64,000 bases of DNA from Tubiluchus corallicola (lineage: Eukaryota; Animalia; Priapulida): positions 558,001 to 622,000 of the forward strand of contig JAQGDQ010000091.1 of assembly GCA_030141605.1 (NCBI GenBank), read 5' to 3'. Positions 13,301 through 25,400 of this stretch are shown here, one piece after another. A program made the translations under genes and the position numbers. Every line of letters starts with the position of its first letter. Positions within the stretch are counted from its first letter, which is position 1. The notes under the pieces are model-generated. The model was not told the origin of the DNA and did not search any database. It saw only the letters and a program-made list of their open reading frames with translations.

Positions 13301-16300
13301 GAAGTGTTCTAACTGCCTGTAGTCTAGGCTTCATCTTCATTAATGCAGGGGGCCAGAAACGAAGTAATGATATATACAGTGGTGCACTTGTTAAAGACAT
13401 GTTACGAAACATGACATTCAGTGCTTCCATAAGCTGCTTGAAGTCTTCGTCTTCGTACTCAAACCTTTCACCAAACACAATAGAACAAATTACATTTGAC
13501 ACGCTGTTGGTAATAACATAAAGCATGTCAAATGGCTGTCCATCTTTTTGTCGCAGTTCCTCTAAGAATGCCTTTACTTCTTCGTGAATTTTATCTTGGA
13601 GACTTCTTTTGCCAAAGCCCATTTCGCGTAAACCGATTAAGGAAAATCTTCGAAGCTCCTTCCAAGTATGTCCAGTGGAATGGATAATACCTAAAAGTAT
13701 TACCATCAAATGTAGCCTCCAATGATTTAGTAATACCGTACAAAAATAATAATAATTGCAGGCCTATGTGTATTGCTCTACACAGTTGTGAAAAGTTTGA
13801 CCTACAGATGTTTCATAATATAAAATTTAAGGTTGGCCTACAACCATATTTAGTTTCTGGACAATGTCACCATCATGTATCAGATATAGAAAATTTTGGG
13901 ACATTTAGCTTTGTTATGTTCAGTAACTAATTAACATCTATGCCTGTTATAACACTTTGGTTTGGTGTTCTTTTAGGCAGTGCACCTTAACTTGTAATTG
14001 GAATGGCGCTGCTCTTTAAATTGGAATAAACACATAATTCCAATCATTTACTCTTTTATTTATGGTTATAACAATTTATTCCATTTTAAAACAAAAGATG
14101 GACAAATATCTTCGACCTGAGAGGCTATGTGTGGACTCAAATGCTAACTCAGCTGAAAAGAATTTCAGCACTGGTTGAAAACATTCGAATATTTTCAAGG
14201 AAGGGCAGTGGCCAAGCAAGCAGAAGAGTACGAAGTAGCAGCTATGGTGGAAGAAGTAGATGGAAGGAAATTTGAACTGTTAACGAACTATGTATCTGCT
14301 TCAGTTTTTAAAGTATTTTCGGAATGCGCGAGATACAAGGACGCTAATGACACGTTAAAAAAGTATATTTAAAGCCAAAGAATATTCATTATGCTAGGCA
14401 TGCATTGATGACTTGTAAGCAGAAGTCAAGTGATTCTATTGATAAATTCGTGCAGACTCTGAGAGAATTAGCTAAGGAGCATTCGTTTGATGCGGTTAGT
14501 GCAGAGCAGTACAAAAATGAAGCCATCCTATCTGCCTTCATATCTGGATTGGCTTCAAATGAAATTAGGCAGAAGATATTAGTAGACTGTGAAGAGCTGG
14601 ATTTTGACAAAGTGTTAAAAATTGCCAAATCTACAGAAATGGCTATGGCCCATTCATCAAATTATATCGGAAATGCAATGTCAGACATTGGTGGTATAGC
14701 GGCTTTTACGGCAAGTAAAGAAGATGACCACAGGGATTGTTCTCTTGCTAGCATAAAGAAAAAAAACAATATGGTGCTAGGGCTAATCCAAATTCTAAGA
14801 CTGTGTGTGAATCTTGCGGATTTAGCCGCATCAAAAATAAGTGTCCAGCGAAAAATGAACAGTACTTTAAGTGCAACAAATGGGGACATTTTTCAAGAAA
14901 ATGTACTGAAAAGACAACTGCATCACTTGTGAGAAAGAACAAAAGTGATAATTATCAATCGAACTGGTTAACTTTAGCAGCTGCACAACAACAGAATGGA
15001 ACTCCTAACAGTTTAATTACAGCGACAGTAAAAATTACTATTCAGCAAACAGAATTGAAGGCACTGATAGACAGCGGCAGGTCAGATTCATACATCAATG
15101 CTGAAATTGTACAACAATTGGGCATTCCATGTGATCAAACAAATAACAAAATTGGGATGGCAGTTGCCACATCGAGTTTTGAAGTGAAATCAGTATGTAA
15201 TGTAGATATGATTCTTCAAAACAGAAATTATACTGTTAAATTGCTTATACTACAAAATCTGTGTGCTGACGTAATTTTAGGATACGATTTCATGTCTCAG
15301 CATGAAAAAGTTATTCTTCATTTTGGGGGAGGGAAAAAACCGCTAAAAGTTTGTGGATTAATGAGAGCAAAATTATCTCCAGCTGAGCCTTTTCAGAATC
15401 TAACAGATGGCATTAAACCAGTGGCAACTAAATCGCAAAGGTACGACATCGACAAAACGAAATTCATTGAGCTAGAAGTGGAAAAACTGCTAAAAGATGG
15501 TAGAATTGAGAAATCTAATTCACCTAGGTACTGGTCACTACTAATGAAAATCACTGCAGAAGACTAGTGACAGACTATTCTCAAACAATAAATAGATTTA
15601 CGAAACTTGATGCTTATCCGGCTAAACGAATGAGTGATTTACCAAATACAATGGCTAAATACCATTTTTACAGTAATGTAAACTTTTACTTTACAGATCT
15701 GGAATCAGCATATCATCAGATACCGCTGAGAGAACAAGATAGAAAAGAAGCTAATGGGCAATTATATCAATTTACATGCCTGCCTTTTGGAATCACCAAC
15801 GGAGTTTCCTGTTTTCAGAGGAAAATGGATGAATTTATTCAGGACTTTGGTTTGAAAGATCCATATACGTATCTGGTCAACGTTACACTAGGTGGCATGA
15901 CTCAACAAGAACATTAGGAAAATTTGCAGAAATTATTAGAGGCTGCAAAAAGGTGTGTCTATTCTACGGAAAGAGTTAAAATGCTGGGGTATCAGATTAG
16001 CAAAGGGAGCAAAAACCAGATCCTGATAGATTGAAAACATTACAGGATATGCCAGAGCCAAACAGTCAGAAGTCGCTTAAACGTGCATTAGGATTATTTG
16101 CATACTATTCGCAATGGATCTCAAATTTTTCAGCAAAGATAAGGCCTCTAAATGAAGCTAATAAATTTCCTTTAAGCAGTGAAGCAAAACATGCTTTTTT
16201 TCAACTGAAAGCTGATATTGAGTCTGCAGCTATTAAAGATATAGAGAATAACATACCTTTTGTGGTGGAAACAGATGCATCTGAAACGGCAATTGCTGCT

Positions 16301-17982
16301 ACATTAAATCAAGCTGGAAGACCAGTGGCCTTTTATTCCAGGACACTAAATCGTTCAGAACGAAGCCATACGATATCGTGATGGCCGGGAAAGCACTGTA
16401 TCTATTAAAGACTTAGCACCATGCGGAAAGGTTGATGAAAGTGGCAGAGAAGTGATAGATGGAAAGAATCAAGAACCTCAAAGAAAACTGGTCACGGAAC
16501 CTGTGAATTCCCATAACATTGTAGACACAGAAACAGTCTCAAATGAGGATACACTTAATACAAAGATGGATGGAGTTTTCACTAGTGGGAAGGAAGAGAT
16601 TACAGAAATTGCACATGACAATGAAGAAGTAGAATCTGTAAGGAGGTCTTCTAGAGCAAACAAAGCGAAGATGCCAGCACGCTATTGTGATTAATTGTAG
16701 TGAATTGAATTGGATGTAACTTTATTCAAGATTTTTGTGCTTTCCTTTTAAAAACTTTATCACTTAAGAGTCATTCCGCGAGAAAACCATGCAAAAGTCA
16801 AAAAATAGTGGAAGGTGACAAATCACCGATTTTGTTCATATTCACAGGGTTGGATGATCCCCTCAGATGTACACCACAGCCAAAATATTAGATATCAAAA
16901 ATGAGCCGTTGCGGAGATAGGGCGCCATTTTGATTTTTTTCGGATTTTGGCCATTTTGGCGTAAAAAATGACCTATATTTGTCACATCATTACAGGCAGT
17001 AAATGAATGATCCAGGACTAGTTGCTGGGTGGTATATATAGTAGAGGTCTTGCCCTGTTGCCACATTGAGTTTGATGAATTGAGATTCTCTTTCAGTAGG
17101 TATCATGAGCTCATGAAAGATGCGTGTCTGCTACAGTCTGAATGACACCCTGTTTTAAAATTCTCATAACTCCACTGGGGCGGGTATTTGAAGTATAATT
17201 AATATATGTTTATTTACAGCTTGACCAGGCATACTTAGATCCTTAATAAAATTTTGGCCAGCTCGTCCATAAATTGACGAGATTCGATCTTGAATGTGAC
17301 CTAAATCGGAAAAAAATTAGTACGAATTATTCAAATTCTGAATAAAAAAAAATGAAAATTTCAAAAAGAAACGATAAATTACCGTTTCTGTCTCTCTGTG
17401 TCTCTCTCTCTGTCTCTCTGTGTCTCTCTCTCTGTCTCTCCCTGTCTCTGTCTCTCTGTGTCTCTCGCCTGCTCTCTGTGTCTCTCTCTGTCTCTCCGTG
17501 TCTCTCTCTGCCTCTCTGGGTCTCTCCCTGTCTCTCTGTGTCTCACCCTGTCTCTCTGTGTCTCTCTCTGTCTCTCTGTCTCTCTGTATTTCAACATTAT
17601 CTCCTCGAAATTGTGTATATATATTCATTTCTTTAATAAAGATTTATTATTATTATTATTATTATTATCTGTCTCTCTGTGTCTCTCTCTCTGTGTCTCT
17701 CTCTGTGTCTCTGTCTCTCTGTGTCTCTCTCTCTGTCTCTCTGTGTCTCTCTCTGTCTCCCTGTGTCTCTCTCTGTCTCTGTCTCTCTGTGTGTGTCTCT
17801 CTCTGTCTCTCTGTGTCTCACTCTCTCTCTCTCTCTCTGTCTCTCTGTGTCTCTCTCTGTCTCTCTGTGTCTCTCTGTGTCTCACTCTGTCTCTCTCTGT
17901 CTCTGTGTCTCTCTCTGTCTCTCTCTGTCTCTCTGTATTTCAACATTATCTCCTCGAAATTATATTCATTTCTTTAATAAAG

Positions 17983-18015
<33 letters not shown>

Positions 18016-18390
18016 CTGTCTCTCTGTGTCTCTCTGTGTCTTTCTCTCTCTGTCTCTCTGTCTCTCTCTGTGTGTGTCTCTCTCTCTCTGTCTCTCTGTG
18101 TCTCTCTCTGTCTCTCTGTGTTTCTCTCTGTCTCTCTGTCTCTCTGTGTCTCTCTCTGTCTCTCTCTGTCTCTCTACGTCTCTCTCTATCTCTCTGCGTC
18201 TCTCTCTCTGTCTCTCTGTGTCTCTCTGTGTCTCTCTCTGTGTCTCTGTCTCTCTGTCTCTCTCTGTGTCTCTCTGTGTGTGTCTCTCTCTCTGTCTCTC
18301 TGTGTCTCTCTCTGTCTCTCTGTGTCTCTCTCTCTCTGTCTCTCTCTGTGTCTCTCTGTGTCTCTATGTCTCTCTCTATCTCTCTGTGTC

Positions 18391-18423
<33 letters not shown>

Positions 18424-21400
18424 GTGTCTCTGTCTCTCTGTGTGTCTCTCTCTGTCTCCCTGTCTCTCTCTGTGTCTCTCTCTGTCTGTGTCTCTGTCTC
18501 TCTGTGTGTGTCTCTCTCTCTCTCTCTGTGTCTCACTCTGTCTCTCTCTCTGTCTCTCTGTGTCTCTCTCTGTCTCTCTGTCTCTCTGTCTCTCTGTGTC
18601 TCTCTGTGTGTGTCTCTCCGTGTCTCTCTCCGTGTCTCTTTCTGCCTCTCTGTGTCTCTCCCTGTCTCTCTGTGTCTCACTCTGTCTCTCTCTGTCTCTG
18701 TGTCTCTCTGTGTGTCTCTCTCTCTGTCTCTCTCTGTGTCTCTCTGTGTCTCTCTCTCTCTGTCTCTCTGTGTCTCTCTCTGTCTCTCTGTGTTTCTCTC
18801 TGTCTCTCTGTGTCTCTCTCTGTCTCTCTGTGTCTCTCTCTGTCTCTCTCTACGTCTCTCTGTGTCTCTCTCTGTCTCTCTGTGTCTGTCTCTCTGTCTC
18901 TGTCTCTCTCTGTGTCTCTCTGTCTCTCTGTGTCTCTCTCTGTCTCTGTGTCTCTCTCTCTGTGTCTCTCTGTGTGTGTCTCTCTCTGTGTCTCTCTCTG
19001 TCTCTCTGCCTCTCTGTGTCTCTCTCTGTCTCTCTGTGTTTCTCTCTGTGTCTCTTTTGATGAGGAGGTTACCATAGCAACACATAGTAGCAGCTTACTG
19101 TATGTATTATCAATTATTAGCTTATTATTATTTACTATAGTGCAACTTTTCATTGAATATTAGTGAATAAAAAATAGTCGTGGACGTAAAGAATTTGTTG
19201 TTGTCTTTTTGTTATTTTGAAAATTTGCGATTATAAGCGTCAGCGCCCTGATTCTCGTTAGAGTTTAGTTGAATATGGTAGTCGGTGTATATGCGTATAT
19301 CTTTACGAGACGGTGGAAACCTGGCGGTTAAATACAATATGAGCGAATGGCTTGAAACATACGTTGCACAGAGTCGGAATTAGTATGTAACGGCCGAGGC
19401 AGGGTCGTACTGGCCTTTGCTGCGTTTCTTAACCAGTTTTTTTGTTAATGCCAGTTGTTAGTAAGCAGAAGTCTGGTTGTCGAAGCTGCCAAAGTTGCCA
19501 CACCAAGGTATTAGTAACTAACTAACTATTAACTCGAATTGATTTGAGGAAAAATATCAGGGACTGACAACTATTCGCCTGTTGAATACAAGACCACACA
19601 AAGCTGTGCGCGTTTTAAAAATTGGCTCGCAACATGTTATATTCGATGCTCGCGGCGGTTTCAACACAATTTCACAAATAGTGCCTTGCCTCGCCTTGTC
19701 CGCCTTACTTTAGAATCTTGTTTAGCAAAGCGACACTAAACCTTTTTGACTGAAGTCTATTTTTCAGTCAAGACAGTGGGGCCCTCCCGAGGCCCCCGTA
19801 TTGATCCACGGGCCATAGGTATATAGCCCGAGCACTTGTACACGAAACTGTTATTATGTACATGAAACTATTCCGTGTTTTATACAGATTATAAAAATCA
19901 CTATGTTATAATCGTCACAGGGGCCCTTCGAAGGGAATGCGGCCCCCTAATGAGGGGCCTGGTTGCTAGGAGTGCCCAGACGTTTAAAGCCAGTCCATTA
20001 CTACTATAAACATTGACGTTGCCGCACTTTGTATCGATTCTAATGGCAACACCGTCATCCAAAGGCGAATAGCTAAATATAGGTCAAGGTTGTGAAAATG
20101 GCAAAAAAGAGCAACTTTGGCTAAAAATTCTGGACACTTGGGAGATCGCTGGCCAAAATTTTATTTCACGCATTTGTAAGACTAGTCAAGCTGCAAATAA
20201 AAATATATTGATTAGTCCCCCAATACCTGCCCCAGTGGAGTTACGGGGATTTCAAAATGGCATCTAAATTCAGCAGCAGCAGACACTTTTGCAATCTGAT
20301 GACACCAACTGAAAAGGAGGTTCAATTTGGCAACGATAATGGTACGGTAGGGTAAGACCCCTACTATATATATCACCAATTAACTAGTGCTGGATCGCTC
20401 ATTTACTGTCTGTAATAACGTGAGAAATAATGGGCAATTTTTTACGCCAAAATGGCCAAAATCCGAAAAAAATCAAAATGGCGGCTTTTCTCAGAAACGG
20501 CTCATTTCTGAAATCTAATATTTTGGCTGTGCGGTACATCTGAGGGGACCATCAAACCCTGTGAATATGAACAAAATCGGTGATTTGTCACCTTCCACTA
20601 TTTTGCTGATTTTCTCACGGAATGACTCTTAAGTGTTTAATAGGTCAAGCTATAGTACATCAGGCATGCGCAGTGATAGTTAATCATTTTGGTAGGTAAG
20701 CCAGTTCACCCGCATACCTATAGCAGAAAGTAGAGAGCCAATTCGCATGGATGAAATACACAGATTCTTTAGTATAGCAGAAATGTATCCACTAGTCCAA
20801 GTGGCTGTGGTTCAATACACAGTATCAATAATTAAACTTTTGATCATTACCAGGCATGATAATTCTAGACAATTCATCAACTTTTCATACTTTTCATTTT
20901 ACATGTCAATCCAAGACACCATTAAAGCATGCCAGATACAGCCCCACCAGGAGTTGTCTGCTGGAGCAGTGTGGTTGCATAAATAAGAATACATCTAGTT
21001 TACGCATTGCTTGCTAATTTAGTAGCAAATGACTACTGAACTTAAAGAGAGTATGACTATGATATAAATGATAGTGAAATGCAAAAAATGGGTTTTAGGC
21101 TGAAGAATTGCTACAAATAACAGTATTATTAGAAGTTTAAAATATGCGAAAAAGTTAATATATTTGTTTTTCTATTATCACTTATTAATTCCAAAATCTT
21201 TAAAATACAGCAGATGCAGATTCTTAGTTATTACTGTAAATACAAGGTGTAGGAGTTAATGTTATTGATATCTATAAAACAAAATCTTACCTGTTCCATT
21301 ATGGAAAAATTTGGCTAGCAATGGAAAGTCTACCTTGTGTTTGCCATCTACCATTGTCACTCCTCTTCTCTCAGAAAATATGTCTGACTGTTTGACAAAG

Positions 21401-22421
21401 GCTTCTTTTAAAACTGCATAGTCATTCAGTACAATAACATTCACCGAGCCAAGATACATATGCATGACACTGGAAAAAACAATTTTTTAAAATAATATGC
21501 CTAGGCGAACAGCAGAGAGGTCACTATGTATGTTTGACAGCAAATTGGACAAAGCCAAACCTGGCCAATAAATGGATGGTTGATCACTGGTAAAATTGCT
21601 TCTGGACATAGATAGCATATAAATCACTGACAAACAATTTTCCTGGCAGTCACCAATCAATTTAATAAATAGACCAACCAGGACTAAGCAACTTCGGTTA
21701 TTAACTATATACCAACAACCACTCAGCTACATGCACTAAAATTTGTTGTTAAGAACAAGTAAAAAGTCGTCAATTGCAAACTCAGAAAGCATTCTGTATA
21801 ATAAACCTCTATATTAGATACACATAGCAAAAAAAGTCTACACGTAGCTTGTTGTGTTTGCAAGCTGTCTCATAAAAATATTTAGTTGCACAAGGCAACT
21901 TTTGCATGGGTAACCACTAATTAGTTTCCTGGCCTGATTTGGTTTTGCATGGTGAAAATTGCATCATCGCATGCACATAAGGTAGTAGGATGAAATTGTG
22001 TGAGTCCGAAAAATAAGCACAATTAATAAAAATCTGTGTGCAGCAAAGTTCAAAAAACAGTAATATCTAGCATGTGTGAGATTTTACTTCATGCGTAATG
22101 GTATGATAAAAAATAAGATTATATGCTTATAACTAATTAATTATAATTTGCATAGAATTCTGCAAACAGTTTCTTCAATAAACTGCAAATAAAATGAACT
22201 GAGCATAGAAAATTTGTAAAAACTAAATTTGATGAATACATAGCTTACCTTCCATATTTCTCAGCCAGCTTACAAATAGTAATTTGGGATTTCTTTCCGA
22301 GGAAAGGCAAGTATCCAAAGACAGGTATGCCCCATGGACCAGGTGGGAGATTTTTTGGTCTTGCGAGATACCAATATGCCACGTACAACACAACAGCAAG
22401 AGTAATAAACAGAAATGTCAT
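10318..22421 (-). CDS. Cytochrome P450, clan 2 (CYP2-like), complete, 501 aa. Exons 22421-22249, 21469-21291, 13690-13163, 12670-12555, 12396-12279, 11378-11169, 10499-10318
   Basis: N-terminal TM anchor plus PPGPWGIP hinge; WKELRR (WxxxR); I-helix [12 protein letters not shown]; K-helix EIMR; KPERF; heme motif [11 protein letters not shown] split by the last intron. Exon lengths total 1506 nt with matching phases and no internal stop seen. The subfamily cannot be assigned by eye. Confidence 0.95.
11581..11752. repeat. Perfect inverted repeat, 79-bp arms with a 14-nt spacer, in P450 intron 5
   Basis: 11581-11659 is the exact reverse complement of 11674-11752; spacer GATATAAAAGACAT. Confidence 0.95.
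11753..11992 (-). mobile_element. Degenerate tRNA-derived SINE
   Basis: The minus strand starts GGTGCAGTTGCCTAGTGGTTA (A-box-like) and has GGTTCAAATACC (B-box-like) at tRNA-like spacing, with no intact cloverleaf. The 3' boundary is uncertain. Confidence 0.55.
13945..14073 (+). repeat. Putative 5' LTR (129 bp) of the Gypsy element
   Basis: TG...CA ends with a 9-bp inverted repeat TGTTATAAC...GTTATAACA; internal AATAAA at 14025-14030; ends 24 nt before the gag ATG. No second LTR is available to confirm the 5' edge. Confidence 0.65.
13945..16750 (+). mobile_element. Decayed Ty3/Gypsy LTR retrotransposon (5' LTR, gag, protease, RT, partial RNase H, integrase tail), antisense in P450 intron 2; 3' LTR absent
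   Basis: gag from ATG 14098 ([10 protein letters not shown]...HWLKTFEYF); double zinc-knuckle remnant CESCG...KCPAK...[12 protein letters not shown]; protease LIDSG and VILGYDFM; [43 protein letters not shown]; RNase [30 protein letters not shown]; integrase C-terminus [17 protein letters not shown]...RRSSR..MPARYCD* (16694). Multiple frameshifts and stops. Confidence 0.93.
16768..20628. mobile_element. Non-autonomous long-TIR DNA transposon, 3.86 kb, Kolobok-like (TTAA-flanked, GA...TC ends)
   Basis: About 490-bp imperfect inverted repeats (16768 to about 17262 and about 20147 to 20628) beginning GAGTCATTCCGYGAGAAAA...ATAGTGGAAGGTGACAAATCACCGATTTTGTTCATATTCACAGGG; TTAA on both sides (16764-16767, 20629-20632); no transposase ORF inside. 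Confidence 0.85.
17387..19055. repeat. Cryptic (CT/GT) satellite with higher-order duplications, inside the long-TIR element
   Basis: About 1.67 kb of TCTCTG/TCTCTGTG/TCTCTCTG units, almost A-free on the + strand, interrupted by two copies of an AT-rich block ending in (TTA)n (about 17587-17668 and 17936-18014). Confidence 0.95.
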
Positions 22422-25400
22422 GGTGTACTGTTGAAAAAGCAAAATAAACTGCTAGTGTTACAAAAATAGCATAGATTTACTCCAAGAATTATTAATGTTC
22501 CGCATAGTTCACGTTTGACAGTAGAGAAAAGAACAATTTGAAATGTGCATCATGCAGTGAAGAATAAGAACCAACAAAGCATTTGTATGTCGGAATTTTG
22601 TTCAAGTTCATCTCACCGAAACATAAGAATGCAATATGCATGTCCAGGCTATTTAATTTTCAAACATAAGTTTAACTCACTTCATGTATTGTATAATATT
22701 TCTTGTCACTTTTGTGTCTTTTAAATATACTTTTTAAGCTTTTTATATATTTTTCAATTTTATGTTGTGATGTAATTCAACCTGTTTGGTTGTAATAACA
22801 TTTAAACTTACACATTAAATAATACAGACAAAAATTAAAAACCGTACAAAAAAATGTGACCAAAACAACAAGTTTCAGGTTATTTCGAAAATCAACTGCA
22901 TACATTTACTCTCTCATACCACAACAGAAATCAATGGTATATGTGCTAGTCATTCCAGTAAAGTGGTAGGGCCTAATGACTCAATAATCTTATTTAAAAA
23001 TCAGTTGGATTTTTGATAAGAAGCAACAAGAGAGGAAGTAATGATGTACAGCAGTAACTGCACAATTTTGACGCTAATAAAGCACTGTTAACAAAGTGGT
23101 GCTACTGCACCACTCACAATTTGATGCACTTATTTCCATTTTGCACAAAATGCCAATATCCAACCTTGATTTTAATACCAACCATGTTTGTATTGAAATT
23201 TCGAAGCACGGACAGTAGCACCTTGTTTCTTTATATAGTGTACCCACAATAAAGTAAAGTACTCACACTATTACACCCATGTAATGAATTCATGAAATAC
23301 CACTTTTTTATCAATAGTAAAAAGGGTACGTTTCTTTTTGAAACAGCCAAATACACACACTCTGACGTGATTGAATTAAGTGTTAATATTTAGCAAGTTG
23401 TGTCATTATGAATCACTGCAGGTACAGCAGTGGCTGACTGCTGTTACAGTATCAAGTTACAAGGTTGTGTGTCTGCTCACTAATGATTACACCTGGCTGT
23501 ACATAAAAGATTTTCATGAATTAATAATGTCGCAATGTTTTTAATCGGATCACTTATGATAGAAGCGGCTGTACGGAAAAGACTTTTGTGCATTCATACA
23601 GACGCAAAAAGTTTTTAACCAATGGGAAAATACTTAACAGGTTTTTTTTCAGCATATTTTAATGCAGCTGTTCATTCGTTAAGCTTATTTACTTTTATTA
23701 CATAAATATATATAATCTGAAATGAAAACATCAAGCTTTTTGGGGAGCAGTCACGCTCTTCCAGCTAAAAAATAGGAAGCAATAGCAAGAATTTGCAGAG
23801 TGAAACGCGATCCCGGTCAGTCTAAAATGACGTAATAAGTCGTTATGTAGTAAGGCGTTATACCGACTAACCAGATAATTATATTTTTCTTCAAAAAACA
23901 AATGTGACACTAACGGAGCTCCGCGGCAATAAAATGTAATGGGCTAATGGTTCGGCCATAGATAATGAGTCCGGCCAACAAATGCGAGTGTTTGGCAAAA
24001 TAGATATTCTTTGAGTAGCTAAAAAAATTCGGATTTTTTTCGCGTCACCGCTCTAGGATATGCGATTTATCGTCCTAGATAGTTCGCATTGAACTACACA
24101 ATGCTCCTTCCTCTCTTAAACTTATTAAATCTTAACCTTTGCGCTTATTTTGTACTTTTGTATGTAATACAGTTTTTCCAGCACAATTTAATTCCTTGCA
24201 ATGACAGTTATAATGCCTGTAATTTTATTTACTTTGTGTTTAAAATTATGTGTATAGATTTTCCAGTTGAGTTGTTCATCAATGAATATGCCTGACTAAT
24301 GAATACTTGATCACATATTTCTTTTAAAGTTGGGCGTCATTAATTAAGAATAATTTCAAAATTGGCACTAATTCGTTGATTTATATTCTAACTGAACGAG
24401 AATATATAATTTGATTTCTTAATGTTAATTTATTGACTGTAAGCTAATCGGTAACATAACAATTTAAATTCTTCATATTGCGAACTCTGTATTTATTAAA
24501 TTAGTGTCAACAAGAAATATTTGTCAACTGCAAAGAGACGAAGCAAAAGTCTACTACTGCAGAAATTCGGGTATTTATATGCAAAATAAATAAAAGTGGA
24601 CCTAATGTTGCTCACTAGCTGGGGGTAAATCATTGTACTGATATCCATCTACTTTAACATAATATTACCAGTTAACTAACTTTTGAACCAAGAATGAGAC
24701 GCGTATAACTGTAATTCCATAATAGTTTTATGACGGACATAATAATTGTATCATGACTGACAGTGTCAGAGGGTTTTGATCAGTTATCAAGTCGGTGATT
24801 ATGAAACAGCCATGCACACAAGATAAATTTTATAAATACTGCATCATTTTAAGAAGAAGTCAACGAAGTTCAGCCATTTTTTTTCATAAAACCAACTTGG
24901 ATGTCATAATAGAATTTTATTTTGAAGAAGGAACGGAGTAAATTGACGAAAAAAATTCCGTAATTAGAGAGAACAGTAGAGATAGAGATAGGTCGGCTAT
25001 TCGAAACCAATGGCTGAAGGTGAATATCAAATAAAACATGGGATAAGTGAGTCTGGAAAATACCCGATATTGTAGAAATTTGTAGCACAATACTATTTTT
25101 ATTGAATAAGGCCTACTATGCGCACCTAGTGGTAGTATTTATCAATTTTGCTTGTGATTATTTATCAACTTCGTCGTTTTGTTCGTCAACTTTTCTGCGT
25201 CAGCCGTCTGGACTTTAGATACCCCGGAATGAAGATAAATTTTCTGGATTGTAATGCTTTGATATATTCTCATTTTTGTTTTTTCACACTGATTTCAAAT
25301 TAGAAATAGTAAATACACATACACACTTCCAAATGTTTATAAATGTTTGCTCAGACAAGAGCAAAACATTTTTGGATCCGTGATGGTATAATAAAATTAA

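Noticed and set aside
17317-19163. Long ORFs (up to 559 aa) of SLCV or RETQ repeats on both strands
   Set aside because: Translations of a stop-free CT/GT satellite inside a transposon; open in several frames with no domain or gene structure.
25120-25132. CTCF-like motif GCGCACCTAGTGG between the divergent genes
   Set aside because: Only about 10/13 of the core consensus matches; a single hit in 64 kb is compatible with chance.
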